NCBI GenBank assembly: GCA_050084985.1
Contig: JBITNC010000001.1
Coordinates: 17,360,001-17,424,000, forward strand
DNA: 64,000 nt
Reading direction: 5' to 3'
Source of the DNA: Nageia nagi
Lineage: Eukaryota > Plantae > Pinophyta
The position numbers and the translations under genes were made by a program. Below are positions 10,665-23,334 of the stretch, piece after piece (the stretch's first letter is position 1; every line of letters starts with the position of its first letter). The notes beneath the pieces are model-generated. The model was not told the origin of the DNA. It saw nothing but the letters and a program-made list of their open reading frames with translations, and did no database searches.

Positions 10665-13600
10665 ATGGCCAATCCTGCTCCAAATATCTATCCTACATGG
10701 GATGATGGGGTACCTTTGGCTCTAGATACATTGCATGATATCCCAAGAAATGTCTTTAAAACTCTACCTAAGTTTGACACCACCACGAAGAAGATAGCCT
10801 ATGAACACTATGTAGACGTAGCCAGTCTGGCTAAGCTCCATAACATTCAACATGAAGATGTCATGGTAAGATTGCTAGCATAATCTTTCAAAGGAAAGGT
10901 TCTTGATTGGTATAGAAGCCTTGCTAGTAGATCTATAACTTTTTGGGCTTAGTTGGTAGAGCCTTTCATCCTAGAATTTAATGAAGTAGGAGACCCCTTC
11001 TTCTTACTAACTCAGTTCACATCTATCAAAAGACATGAATAGGAGAATATTCCAAATTTTAATATTAGGTTTCAAAAATCTTTGAAAAGGGTTCAGTTAG
11101 GCCTTAGGAATCTCAAGCTTTGATGTACTATTAGAGGGCCTTTCCTCCATATCTCTCTTTGCAAATTCAAAATTCTTGAGTAACCACTTTTTCAAAGGTC
11201 TACATACAAGCAATGTTTGCTAAAGCTTATCTTATTTTAGTAGGAAAACTACCCAATTGCATGCTAATGCCATACTTTCAAATGTTACCATAAAATTAGG
11301 CAATAAGAACCTCAGCAATTTGTATGGCCCCACCTCTAGCTAGTATTCCTGTATCGACTCAATAATTCCCATTAGCCTTGCTTACCCCAAGAGCTCCTCT
11401 AGCTCTTTCAGCCCCACATTAGTTAGGGATAAATTAGGTAACTTCCTCTCAAAGCGAGATATAAGAATTAAAATATTTGTGTAGGAATATGGCAAACTAG
11501 ATCACCCTCTTGAGTAGAGAAAATAATGCCAGGAGATTCCCATATCTAGTTATAGAAAAAGCTCAAGATTAGCATGTGTTATTAGAAGATACAGATCAAA
11601 ATTCTTCTTTTGGGTAGATAGTAGGCTTATGTTTAGCTTGCAATAATGCTAACGAACAAACTTCTTGCCCTATATATCAATATCAGGAGTATTTTTCTAA
11701 AAGTGGAGGAATTCCTCCACCTAGCATGGTTGCTGACTTGAGTTGAAATGTAAATTTGATGAATTTCACCCCAGCTGATGTAAGTGTTTTTGCTATAGAA
11801 ACAATATCTACAAAGAGGCCTCATGTATCAAATCTACCAAATAAAAGAGTTGAAACTTCAAAAAGTCATGATTCAGTAAGCTCCAAGAAGCCTAGTATAG
11901 CTCCTAGTTTTGCAAACATGACACCCCTAAAAGAGGTTTCACCCCATAAATTTATAGTTTCAAAAGCTAGATAGATGTCTAAAGTTGATGAAGTCAATGA
12001 TTAGATGGTCTAGAATTTAAGGTTCCCCTCACTCACCAAGCATCAGAGAAGAGATGACACTCAATAGTTTTAACAAAGGTTTGTTGACAAAGAAGGTAAG
12101 CCTCTAATCATTCATGTTTTCAATATTATGGAAGAATTAAAGAGAACCCCTTCAAAGATATCTTTATTTTATGCTTTAAAAATCCCTAGGCAAATTGATT
12201 TACTTAGGGCATCTATTATAGCATTAAATGAAGGAATGGATAGGGTATTGAATTTGTTTGAGACATCCAAGTATCCAAGGATGGAAAAAAATAAACCACC
12301 AACTTTTTATATGAATTTATAGGTTGAGGGGTATGTGCTACATAACTATCTAGTTGATTTCAAAGCAGCCACTACCATCATGCTTAAAGTAGTATGTGAT
12401 GTAATGGGGCTACCTGTCACTAGATCATCCATAGGAGTGTTGCAATTAGAATCAACCCTAGTTAAAACTGTTGGAGTTATCAATGACATAGTCTTAAATA
12501 TACATAAATATCCCTCTATGGTTATCACTCAAGAAATTGTAGTAGTTGAACTCCCTTCTCTTTTTAGGTTATGTTTATCCAGAGAATTCATAGCAAAAAT
12601 AGGGGGTTATTTAGCAATGGATTACACTCACTATTTAATTCCTTGTGGGGACAAGAGAGTAAGGTTGGATAATGAAAAAAAATTTGATGTTCATGTAGAA
12701 AAGAAGGAAGAGATCAATGCAATTCTGAGTGAGTTAGAAGAGAGTGAGATGTTGTTGGAAGAATTACAAATCAAATACCCTATGTCTATGAATATGCTTA
12801 ACACCATTTATGACATGGAGTTTGGGAATTATTATTTGATGGAACCAGAGTCTTTCATCATAAAACTCACTAGTGAAGAGTTCAAAAGAGGTGAAATTTG
12901 GGAAATGTTCTTTGATGGAGCCAGATCTAGAAATGGGTCAAGTATTGGGATTTTCCTAATTGATCCAATGGGAAAAATGCATAAATTCTCATACAGGGTC
13001 ACATGGATGTGTATTAATAATGTATCTAAGTATGAATCCCTTTGCCTTAGCCTAAAATAAGCAATTAAAATGCAGATCCACTATGTGCAAATTAGAGGAG
13101 ACTTAGAGTTGATTAAGTCATAGGTAAGTGTTCTATTAAACATCATTATTTAAATTCTTATAAGAATAGAGTGTAGGATATATTTGAAAATTTTGAAGCT
13201 CTACACATACAATCCATTCCAAAGAGGTTGAACCATGAAGCTGATGTGCTGGCTCAAATGGGGGCCAATTTTGACCCCACCAATGACTAGTTCCGAAAAA
13301 AAGGGGTTCAACTTATCTTTAGACCTTCTATTTTGGATAATGATTCCTTTTGGAAAGTCTTTAGAGATGAGGCTCAAATCAATCAATATTTTGCTACAAC
13401 AATCTATGTGTCATGTAGTAGGAGAAGAAGATGCTGACATCTTCTAGGAGCAAGATATAATCCAATTGAACAATAATATAATTCCTAGAGATCTGATTCC
13501 ATTCAAAGGGTTATTTGATAGAAATAACTAGGTAAGAAGAAAGGGTATAATTATAAACCTTGATAATCATAAGTAATATGAAATTCTTCCCAAAAAAAAA

Positions 13601-16330
13601 TTAAAAATTAACATATGTAACAACCCTGATCAGATCAAAGAGATTATTCAATTGTGCAAAACTTTGTTGATGTAATTGCTTGGTCATATGATGATCTAAA
13701 GATTTTTGAAAAATCTATAATTTAGCATATGATAGAATTGATTGAAAATGCTAAGCCTATCAGATAGAATCAAAAGCCAATGAACCCTAAGATTAAAGTG
13801 GCAATGAAATAAGAAGTTTTGAAATTATATAAAGTTGGTATCATATATCCTATTAAACATTCTACATGGGTGGCAAACTTGTTCTAGTAAAAAAAAATGG
13901 AGAGATTTGATTATGTGTGGATTTCAAAGGTTTAAATAGAGTCTCATTAAAAGATCATTATCCTCTACTACCTATGGAATAAATATTGAATACTATGGTT
14001 AGAGCAGAAAGATTCTCATTACTAGATGGTTTTTCAGGTTATAACTAGATTTGGGTAAAAAATGAAGATCAGTTCAAAATGGATTTTACAACCAAATGGG
14101 GAATGTTTATTTTCCAAAGAATGTCTTTCAGACTATCAAATGTAGGAGAAACCTTTCAAAGAGCTATGGATTATGCTTTTAGAGATATGATAAATAAAAG
14201 TGTGCTGGTATATTTAGATGATATCACTATTTTCTCTTATAACAAAAGTTCCTATGTGCATCATCTAGAGCAGGCTTTTATCAAATGTAGGAGGTATGGA
14301 ATTTCCTTAAATCCAAAAAAATCTATTTTTGCAATGGATGAGGGAAATCTTCTTAGACATGTCATTTCAAAAGAAGGTTGGGCTATCAATCTGGATAGGA
14401 TAGAAGCAATAGACAAACTATATCTCCCTTCAAACAAAAAGGCCTTACAATCTTTTCTAGGATAGATTGACTTTGTAAGAAGATTTTTTCAAGACTTTTC
14501 AAGCATTGTTAAGCCTATTACTCTCATGTTAAAGAAAAATGCTATGTTTGAATGGACTAAAGAAGAAAAAGAAGCATTTTAAAGAATCAATATTGCAATA
14601 ACTAGAGCACCTATCTTAAGAAACCCAAATTTTAGCAAAGAATTCATTTTTGTATGCATATGGCTCTAGTTCAAGTATTGCAACCATCCTACACAAAAAT
14701 TTGAAAAGAATGAAGAATATCCTATTACTTTTTTCAATCAAAATATGAATAAGAGTGAAGAGAAGTACACTTTCTTAGAAAAACAAGTCCTAGTAATACT
14801 AAAGTATTTGGGAAAGTTGAAACATTATGTAAGTCAGAGCAGAGTCCTAGTCTTGACCATACATCCAAATGTTAGATCTTATATAATGCAAGGAAAAATT
14901 AGGGAGAGGATACCTACATGGATTTCTAAAATTCTAAGATATGGTGTGGAAATCAGACCTACTAAGCTCATAAGGGGAAAAGCCCTTTGTGAACAATTAG
15001 CCAAAGATGCTGTAGAAGCAAAAGATATTGTGTATTTCATCAAATAAGTAATTCTAAAAGAGGAACTAGGTATGGAGGAAAGTGACTTGGGCCAATTAAA
15101 TAGGTATTTTGAAACTAGTAAACTCCCCACACATTTGAATCTATCACAGAGGAGAAGATTTAAAATCCATGGCCAAAATTATACAAAAATTGACCAAGTG
15201 TTTTATAGAAAAAATCATTATTGAATACTGCTAAGGTGTATACCTTCATCTAAGATAGCAAAGCTAATCAAAGAGTTTCAAATTGGAGTATCCAAAGGTC
15301 ATTATTTTGGTTATACAATGGTGAGTAAAATAATTCAAGCAAGTTATTACTAGCCCATTATGTTCAAAGACACTTTTACAAAGGTTCAATGTTGTGAGAA
15401 ATGTCAAAGTTTTATAGGTCAAAAGAGAAAATTGGCTTTACCATTAGAACCAATTCAGGTGGAAGAACCTTTCCAATAGTGCGGATTAGACTTTATTGGA
15501 ATTATTAATCCAAATTCCTTAATTGAGCATAAATTCATCCTCATCGCCATCATCTATTTCACTAGATGGGCCGAAGCGAAAGCCATGAAAGAGGCAAATC
15601 AAAAAACTGTTCTAAAATTCATTGAAAAATTTATTACTAGGTATGGAATCCCTCAAATGATCATCTCTAACAATGGCTTGGCAGTTGTAGAGATAGATAT
15701 CACCAACTTTGCTATGAGATACAAAATCTATTGGAAAATTTCCTCAAATTACTATCCATAGGGTAATGGACTCGCTAAGTTGACAAATAAGAATTTGTTA
15801 AAGATTCTTAAGAGAATTATAGAGGATAATCCTTGAACCTAGCATGAGAAGTTGAATTGGGCATTATGGGCAGATAGAATCACTATAAAGTTGGCTATTA
15901 AGGCCAATCCATATGCATTGGTAATATGGGAAAGGGCTTTTCTACCAAGTCATATAGAGCTTCCTGCTTTGACAATACTTCAAGAATATGGTGAAGAATT
16001 TGAACCACTTAAAGTACGAATGAATGAATTATTACATCTAGAAGAGTCTTGAAATAAGGTGTATCTAAATTTACAAAAGAGAAATGAAGTTGTAAAGAAA
16101 TGGCTTGATACCCAGAAAGCTTCTTCAAACATCTTTAAAGAAGGAGACCTTTTCCTAAAATGGGATGAAGATAGAGCCAAGCCCAAAAAATATAAGAAGT
16201 CCAAATCTTTGTGGTCAATACCATACATCATAGCCAAATGCATTGGGAGAAATGCCTTCAAAATAGCCAAGTTGAATGGATGGAGGCTACCAATTTTAGT
16301 AAATAGGTAGCATTTGAAACACTATAAGCC
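10665..16330 (+). pseudogene. Disrupted gag-pol of the Tat element
   Basis: gag LPKFD...EDVMVRL; protease LHNYLVD (12335); extra RNase H WEMFFDGA...NNVSKYE (about 12900-13270); RT VYLDD (about 14210); RH; integrase H..CEKC zinc finger, GLDFIG and a C-terminal GPY-like module. Many stops and frameshifts. Confidence 0.92.
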
Positions 16331-16756
16331 TGCATGGGAAGGAGATTGCCTTTAAAAGAGAATTTAATACCCTTGTAAATATTATAAATATGGTATGTTT
16401 CATATTTAATTCCCAAGATAGTAGTACGTTTTGATAAATAATACTATCAATGGCTCAAGCCATTTCTATCACTATTGGAATTAGGGTTCCCAAGAAAAGT
16501 TCAAGAAAATTAAATTAGTTATTAATGCAATTAACGCAATAGTTATTGTGCATGATTGAAAAAGTAAATGCAAGGCATGGGAATTTAAGCATAAAAGTAG
16601 CCAATATGGTGCATTTTAAAACATACAAACTCTAGAGCTTTTGAAGAATAGCAGTTATTTGATTTCCTAGTCATCAATAGAGCAGAGAAACATACAACAT
16701 CATTTGAAATCATTAAGTTGGAACCTAGTATACTCAAAAGCATAGCCTGGAAGAAT

Positions 16757-19700
16757 ATGTTGCCTACTTTAGGAAAGGTATTTAAAAGGATTGTTGATTC
16801 AATGGATTTGTTATGGGATACTGAAATAATGGCTTAGAATAAGAATCCAAAGGGCACCATAGAAGGTAAGTGTCCTATTTTTGGTTTTAATCATATCGCT
16901 CATACACTAATGGGGTTGAGGCTCATGTATTTTATCCCCCATAGATGTTTCACAATTCAATATTTGATAGAGCTAATAAAAGGGGTGTTTGATCCTACAA
17001 TAAGGGCCATAAGAAATTTACAAGGGAGGGTAATTCTCAGCCTAGACCCTACATCTCTAGCAAGTGCTTTCAACCCACCTACCCCATTTTCTCCCCCTAT
17101 CTTGATAAATTGGAAGATAATACCAAGCTCCAACATGAGGATGAATATCCTATCCTAGTTGAACAAAAATGTAGAAGGCACTGTAAATTTCCTAGAAGTT
17201 CTAAATTCAAAAGTGTTGCTATCTAGTTTCTCTTCACATTTGCAATTATTGTTATCCATGTTATCAGTATTAGCCAGGGAAAGATTAGATAAATATATTT
17301 CACTAGTAAAAGTCACAATAGCCTACCAAATCTCTCATCCAAATACTCATATCATTTATAATTGGGTTATTGCTATTTTAGATAAGATTTTAGAGCAACT
17401 AGAAGAAATTGACCAAGGGTCTCACATTGCATTTGCATCATACATTATTTAGTTGTTGATCCACCAAAATTCAGGTTTTTTCAAACAATTGACCTTAACT
17501 AGGCTTGAAGGAGATGGGTCCCTCAAGTCTGTAGATAAATGGACTAAGGAAGTAAGGTCATCGGTTGATTACTATGGCTTTGTGGAAAATTTCATAGTTT
17601 TGAATAGGAGCATGTTAGCTCCTAAAATTCCAAGGTTATCAAAAGCTTCAAAATTCTATCTTTGAATGCCTCATGGGGAGACTAAGGATTGATTCTTCAC
17701 TAAAGAAGGAACATTCATCAAACTTTATGATTTTACTAGCACCCCTTTCTTATTGCATATACATGTCACTGATTGGATCTTCAATATGGAGTATGGATGG
17801 TAGATAGATTATGTAGATGCTAAATACAAAGCTATAGCTAAGAAGGGATTGGTTTGTGCTCTACCCCATAAGGTGTATGAATTGGTACTTCAAAGTTGAG
17901 GGGAAGGTGACCAACTAAAAGAGAAGCTGCTTAGGTTGAAATTGGAAAGGATCAATCAATATAGGTTATATGATCCTAAAGATGTGTTTGGCAAAAGGTT
18001 GAAAAATTAGCCCAATCCTCCCAACTTCAAAGTGGAAGCTAAACTTGAGTTAGATCAATGGAGAAATCTAAGAAATAAAGATAAACCTATGCCTATGTCC
18101 TTGATTGCTCAAGATCTACTACCACCATGGATGAGTTTTTATGAAAAGAAGGTAGCTTTTAATCTAAGGATAGATTCAATTCCCAAAAAATCTTTTGCCA
18201 CATTGATAAGGCTTAAGTGAAGTGAGGAAAAAATCATTGCATTTAACCAATATCAAATCGAATTGAGGAACAAATTCACTCCTCTTAAGTTTGACCTTGA
18301 TGATGTGTTTGAAGATATGTGTAAAATGGAGCACCCTTCATATGACCCCACTGAAGAGTATCTAAAAAGTGATGATGAAGAAGAAGAAGAATAAGATCAA
18401 CCAGAAGCCTAAAGGACTAGCCTGTAAGAACAAGCTAGAGAAGAGGCTAGAGAGGCTACCTCCCAAGATGTACAAGAGACACCAAAAGGGAAAGAAGCAT
18501 ATACAACAAATAGGAAAGCTTATAAGGTTCCCCTTTCATCAAAGAAGAAGACGAGGACATCCACTCCAATAGGTATGCTCTCTTTCTCTCCTCCTTCTAC
18601 TTCTATTTTAGATACCCCCGCTATTCAAGTTGTCTCACCCGTATCTACTCTAGCCCCCCTTTCTATAGCTATAACAACCTCTCTAACACCCACCACATAA
18701 TTGATTCCATTGTTACCTACACCTTCCTAATGGCATGATCCTACTCATTCCACATATATTTCCCTTGTTACTCCTCTCATTGATATCATCACCATACCAT
18801 CATCACCCCCACCATCACCACCACCATTCTTAGTAAATCCCATTAGTAGCAGTGGCCTAGGTCCCAACTAGGCCAGTCTTACAACACTAGTAAAACAAGT
18901 TTTGGCCTCCCTTCCCTAATATTTGGGTTTCAATTCTTCATTTATCATCATATCTAGGTAGCAAGTGTCTATTAATGGTATTATGCAACAATACCAACAA
19001 ATGAAGAGCGATCAAGAAGAATGAATGTAGAGGAAATTATTAAAGATCCCAATGTTGAATAATCTAGTAAGGCTTCAAACCTCTATAGATTCAAAAAATA
19101 AAGTGCTAGAGATGGCCATAGCCTAAGACCTCCAAGAGGGATAGAGTGATTTGACTTCCATGAACACCTGGGTAAAAATAGACATGAGAAGCATTCCCAG
19201 AAGTAACAAGAATGAGCTCTTGCAAACTACTGTAGACCTAAATATATCAGAGTTAACCAAGTTGGAAGCCAAGTATAATAAGCTTTAAAAGGCTCATGAA
19301 GTAATAAAGAAGTAGTTGGCTACACAAATTATCAAACTGAAAGCTGCTGATAATGATGTAGATATTTTGAGAACAAGTTTAGCTTTGGCTCCTACTATTG
19401 ATAGCATGAATAAAAAGGATTCCATTATTGCTAACAAAGATGTAGAAATAGCCACAAGGATGGTAGAAGTTGCATCAAAAGATTAAATCATTGATAGCCT
19501 AAGTGCCAATATAGCTCAATTGCAATAGAGCATGAGTGAGTATAAAATGGATATAAATTTCTTGTTAGTTGTAAAGGAAAAATTTTAGGAATAGAGGTCC
19601 TAAGAAATCAGGGACCTGATTCATCTTAGGAACCATGTGGATATGTGTTTGTTAAAACTAAAATGGCTTAAAGTAGATGTTATTAGGAGTGAGGGTATTC

Positions 19701-20235
19701 TCTTTCCTATATTAAAGAAAGCTAAGAGGGAAAATAAGAAACTAAATGAAATTTTTAATGAAGATTTACAAGCCTTAAATATTGGAGATCAAGTTGAACT
19801 CATGGCGGTGATTAATTACCCGATGCAAGGAAAATGGGTATGTTAGGAGATCAAAAATAGCATCTTAAATCAAGTGCAAGGGATAGATACTTTGAAACAA
19901 GAGTTGCAAAAGTTATCCACATTGGGACTCCTAGAATTATGGAGGATTGATAATTTGTTGATCCTTCAATCAGAATTCTTAGAGAGTATTCAAAAAATTA
20001 GTAAGTAGGCTAATGATGTGGAAGCATTGCTATCTACTTTTGGCAAGGTAAACTTGCTAAAACTCTTTGATTCTTGGGCATGAGTTGGGGTTAATTTACA
20101 TCAATTGCTATAAAAACATAGGTAAATGTCTTATGAATTTTTGAACACTATAGCTTTAGCTTAGTTAAGGTTAAAAGACTTCTCCAGAGCACACATGAAT
20201 TGGGGAAAGGTTAAGTAGTTCCTAAATTCATAGAA
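16757..20235 (+). pseudogene. Extra 3' ORF of the Tat element (about 1150 codons, with stops)
   Basis: ORF-track fragments at 16910, 17159, 17453, 18032 and 19637 are all in frame with ATG 16757. Globular N-terminus, acidic and Pro/Ser/Thr-rich linker, coiled-coil-like C-terminus. Confidence 0.75.
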
Positions 20236-20460
20236 TTGAAGCTTGGTCCCTCCCCCTTTCCAAAGTTTTATGCTGGGTCCAAAATGTCTTATATGAAAAG
20301 TGAAATTTTCCTACAGATGTCACCAAAATGTATATACATACATAGTCTAACACCCTAGTAGATTCTTAGCATGTTTTTTCCTTACTTATCTATAATAAGA
20401 GTATTTTAGCAAGCTTTCAAATAGTTTTGGTGAGAAAATATACTAAGTATATCAATTTTT

Positions 20461-22094
20461 GGAGTATAAAAGGGAGTGATGTCAGCAAAGTAGAGGCTTG
20501 GCTAAAATTAGACCTTGGGAGTAGTGATGTCAACAGGTAGAATTAAAATTTCTATGGCAACTAGGTGTTTCGAGGTATAAAAGGGAGTGATGTCAGCAAA
20601 GTAGAGGATTGTCTAAAATCATACCCCAAGAGTAGTGACATCAATAGGTAGCATTAAAAGTTCCATGGTGACTAGGTGTTTTGGGGTATAAAAGGGAGTG
20701 ATGTCAACAAAATAGTAGCTTGTTTAAAATTGGAACTCAAGAGTAGTGATGTCAGTAGGTAGCATTAAAAGTTCCATGGTGACTAGGTGTTCCAAGCTAT
20801 AAAAGATTGATGTCAAAAAAGTAGAGAATTGTCTAAAACTAGACCCTAAGAGTAGTGACATCAGCAAGTAGCGTTAAAAGTTATGTGGTGACTAGGTTTT
20901 TTGAGGCACAAAAGGAAGTGATGTCAGCAAAATAGTGGCTTGTCTAAAACCAAACCCTGAGAGCAATGACATCAATAGGTAGTGTTAAAAGTTTTGAAAT
21001 GGATAAGTTAGTTGATTTCAAAGCATGAAAGAATGTAACATTAGCAAAATAAATCGAAGCCCATTTTAGCCAAAAGAATGAATCTGAGGAAGGATGGCTT
21101 CATGAGTAAGACCAAAAATTTTGAAGTTATTTGCTCCACCCTACAGAAGTGCAAAAGGAGGTGATGTCAAAAAAATAAAAGAACTTTCAAAGTAGATGGT
21201 CTGGAAACCAATAGGAATCTTTTCCCTAGCAAAACTTCACCAAAGAACTTTGTAACATGTGTTGAAGATCGAGAAGGCTTCGAAATGAACACTAGAAGAT
21301 GAAGAAACTCCAAAATCATTAGAGTCAATTAGAAAACATTTCATAATTATAATATAATTTCAAATAGCATTTGGAAAGCATGCTTATCATAATTTATAGG
21401 CAATTACAATTTTAGATCTTTTAGTTTTTTTTAGAAATAAAATGCCATGTGGAAAGAGTAGTTAGCTATTTATTAAAAGAAGGCTAGAATCTTTGGGCCA
21501 TTTTGTAACTATTTTGTTTCAATGTTTCTTCAACCACTCTAGCCTAGTATAAATTTAGTGTAAGGTAAGGAAAAGGGTCAAAATCCTTAGTATTTCCCCT
21601 TGTATTTATTTTCAAAGACCTATTGTTCTATCAATTATACAATGCCATCTTGACCTTTCTTGTCCAACACTTGGTGTTATTATTTTTAATTTTGTTATAC
21701 TGTGGCAAGTAATGAATATTTCCTAAATGATAACAAGAATTTGTTGGTATAACTATGTTTTCCGATATGGAAGAGTTAAGCTAAAGAATAATTTAGAGAA
21801 TGAAAGCTTACACTATGGCTACTACACTAGATTCTTGCCAAGGTTTCATGCTATGTGAAAGCCTAAGTTGAACTAGTGATTTATGCTTTTTGCTTTACTC
21901 TTGCTCCTTACCTCTTTTATTTCATTTCTTGTACTCTATATCCTTTCATTTCTTTCTTGTTATTTGTCCTGTTCATCTACCCCAATGGATAAGAAATTGG
22001 CCTATTTTGGAGATCAGGTTACTATGTTAGCCTATTTATGATATACTTTGATTGTATTGCTCATGGGTGCATCTATTACACATGTCCATCAACA
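20461..22094 (+). repeat. 3' LTR of the Tat element (5'-truncated), with a 111-bp array at 20472-21030
   Basis: Units at 20472, 20583, 20694, 20805 and 20914. Colinear with the 5' LTR and ends TCAACA. No counterpart of 8527-8724 and no PPT. Confidence 0.85.
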
Positions 22095-22754
22095 ATAGGT
22101 ATGTAACCTTAAAATGCAAGACCTGGTAATGAGGATAGTATTGTAAACTAGCATGGACACCATGAATAATGTTAATGATATGCTTCCTACAAGTTAGCCT
22201 TCTCAATCCATATTTCCAACAACATAGGCAATAAGCTTAATCTAGCATAGGAGAAAAAAATGAATAATAGATATTCATAATATAATTAGATCTAAATCTC
22301 AATAGGTGATGTTAAGAGACACCTTAGCTTTTTATTATTTTAGTGTGACTATCAAGATGAAAATATGACAGTCTCTTCATGTTACCTTAACTCCTTTTAT
22401 AGGAATAAGAACACCATAATGCATGTCTATAAAAGAGCATCAATGTTAGAGTCCTTACAAACAAGAAGAGAAACAATATAAGAAGAGCACATATGTTGGA
22501 TTAAATGATAATAATATAAGATATAACATTAAAATAGAACATATTGTTAATTAAGTAATATGATAATTAATTTAGTGTATTAGGTATCCAAATTAAGTAT
22601 TAATAGTTTCACCCTTTGCAAGTTTAATGAAATGAAATGTAATAATGCTTACAAGGAAAAGAAAAGATAAAAAAACTTCCTTGTCTCAACAAATCTTTGA
22701 ACCAATTTTTTTTTTATGATGTATCATGCTTCTTACTTCTATTAATTATGGCAG

Positions 22755-23334
22755 GAAATTTAAGGCATTTTTGAGGAGGCAATTTTAAACCTCCTCAAGT
22801 GTGGGTTTTAGTGGCAACTTTCATAGGACAATTTTAAATCGCTACCAAAAAAAATAAGGAGGTTGATTAAAAATGTCCCTCAAAGTAAACTAAAAAAATT
22901 TAAAAAAAATTGCACAAGGAACTTAGGTGGAAAACTTTGAAAATTATCAAGCATTTGATCTTTTCAAGTTTATCAAAGGCAAAGAGGTAGAGGGGAATGG
23001 ACATTTTGAGTCTTTTGCAAAGGAGAGGAGAGGTGAGGTGAGGAAACCAAAGGTACTAGTAGGTATTCTTCTATATTTTTACATGTAATCCTATAAAATA
23101 GTTATTGTTATAATCTTTCATTTTATAAAATAGATTTTAACACCTAACAATTGCATTTTATATAAATGTCTCTATGACATTTTCAAAAAGCCCATTTTGT
23201 AAGTATTTTTTCACATTTTGCATACATATCTTTGGGAATTTTTTGAAAACCCATTTTATGTGTATCCTAAAATCATTATAAACCATGAAACTATATTCGT
23301 ATCATGCATCTTATCAAATAATTTATGGTCCTTG
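22755..23334. mobile_element. Possible DNA transposon subterminal fragment (CACTA-like)
   Basis: Short direct and inverted motifs (ttgaggagg..aaacctcctcaa; caattttaaa twice). 23240-23337 recurs at 35645-35745. No terminus seen. Confidence 0.3.

Larger units (their letters stand above)
8527..22094 (+). mobile_element. Decayed Ty3/gypsy LTR retrotransposon, Tat lineage (order PROT-aRH-RT-RH-INT plus extra 3' ORF)
   Basis: TGTTGA at 8527 and TCAACA at 22089-22094. About 1.6 kb direct repeats (8725-10330 vs 20472-22080), PBS and all pol motifs are present. No TSD found. Confidence 0.9.

Noticed and set aside
18369-18572. Lys/Arg-rich ORF
   Set aside because: Alternative frame of the acidic stretch of the extra ORF.
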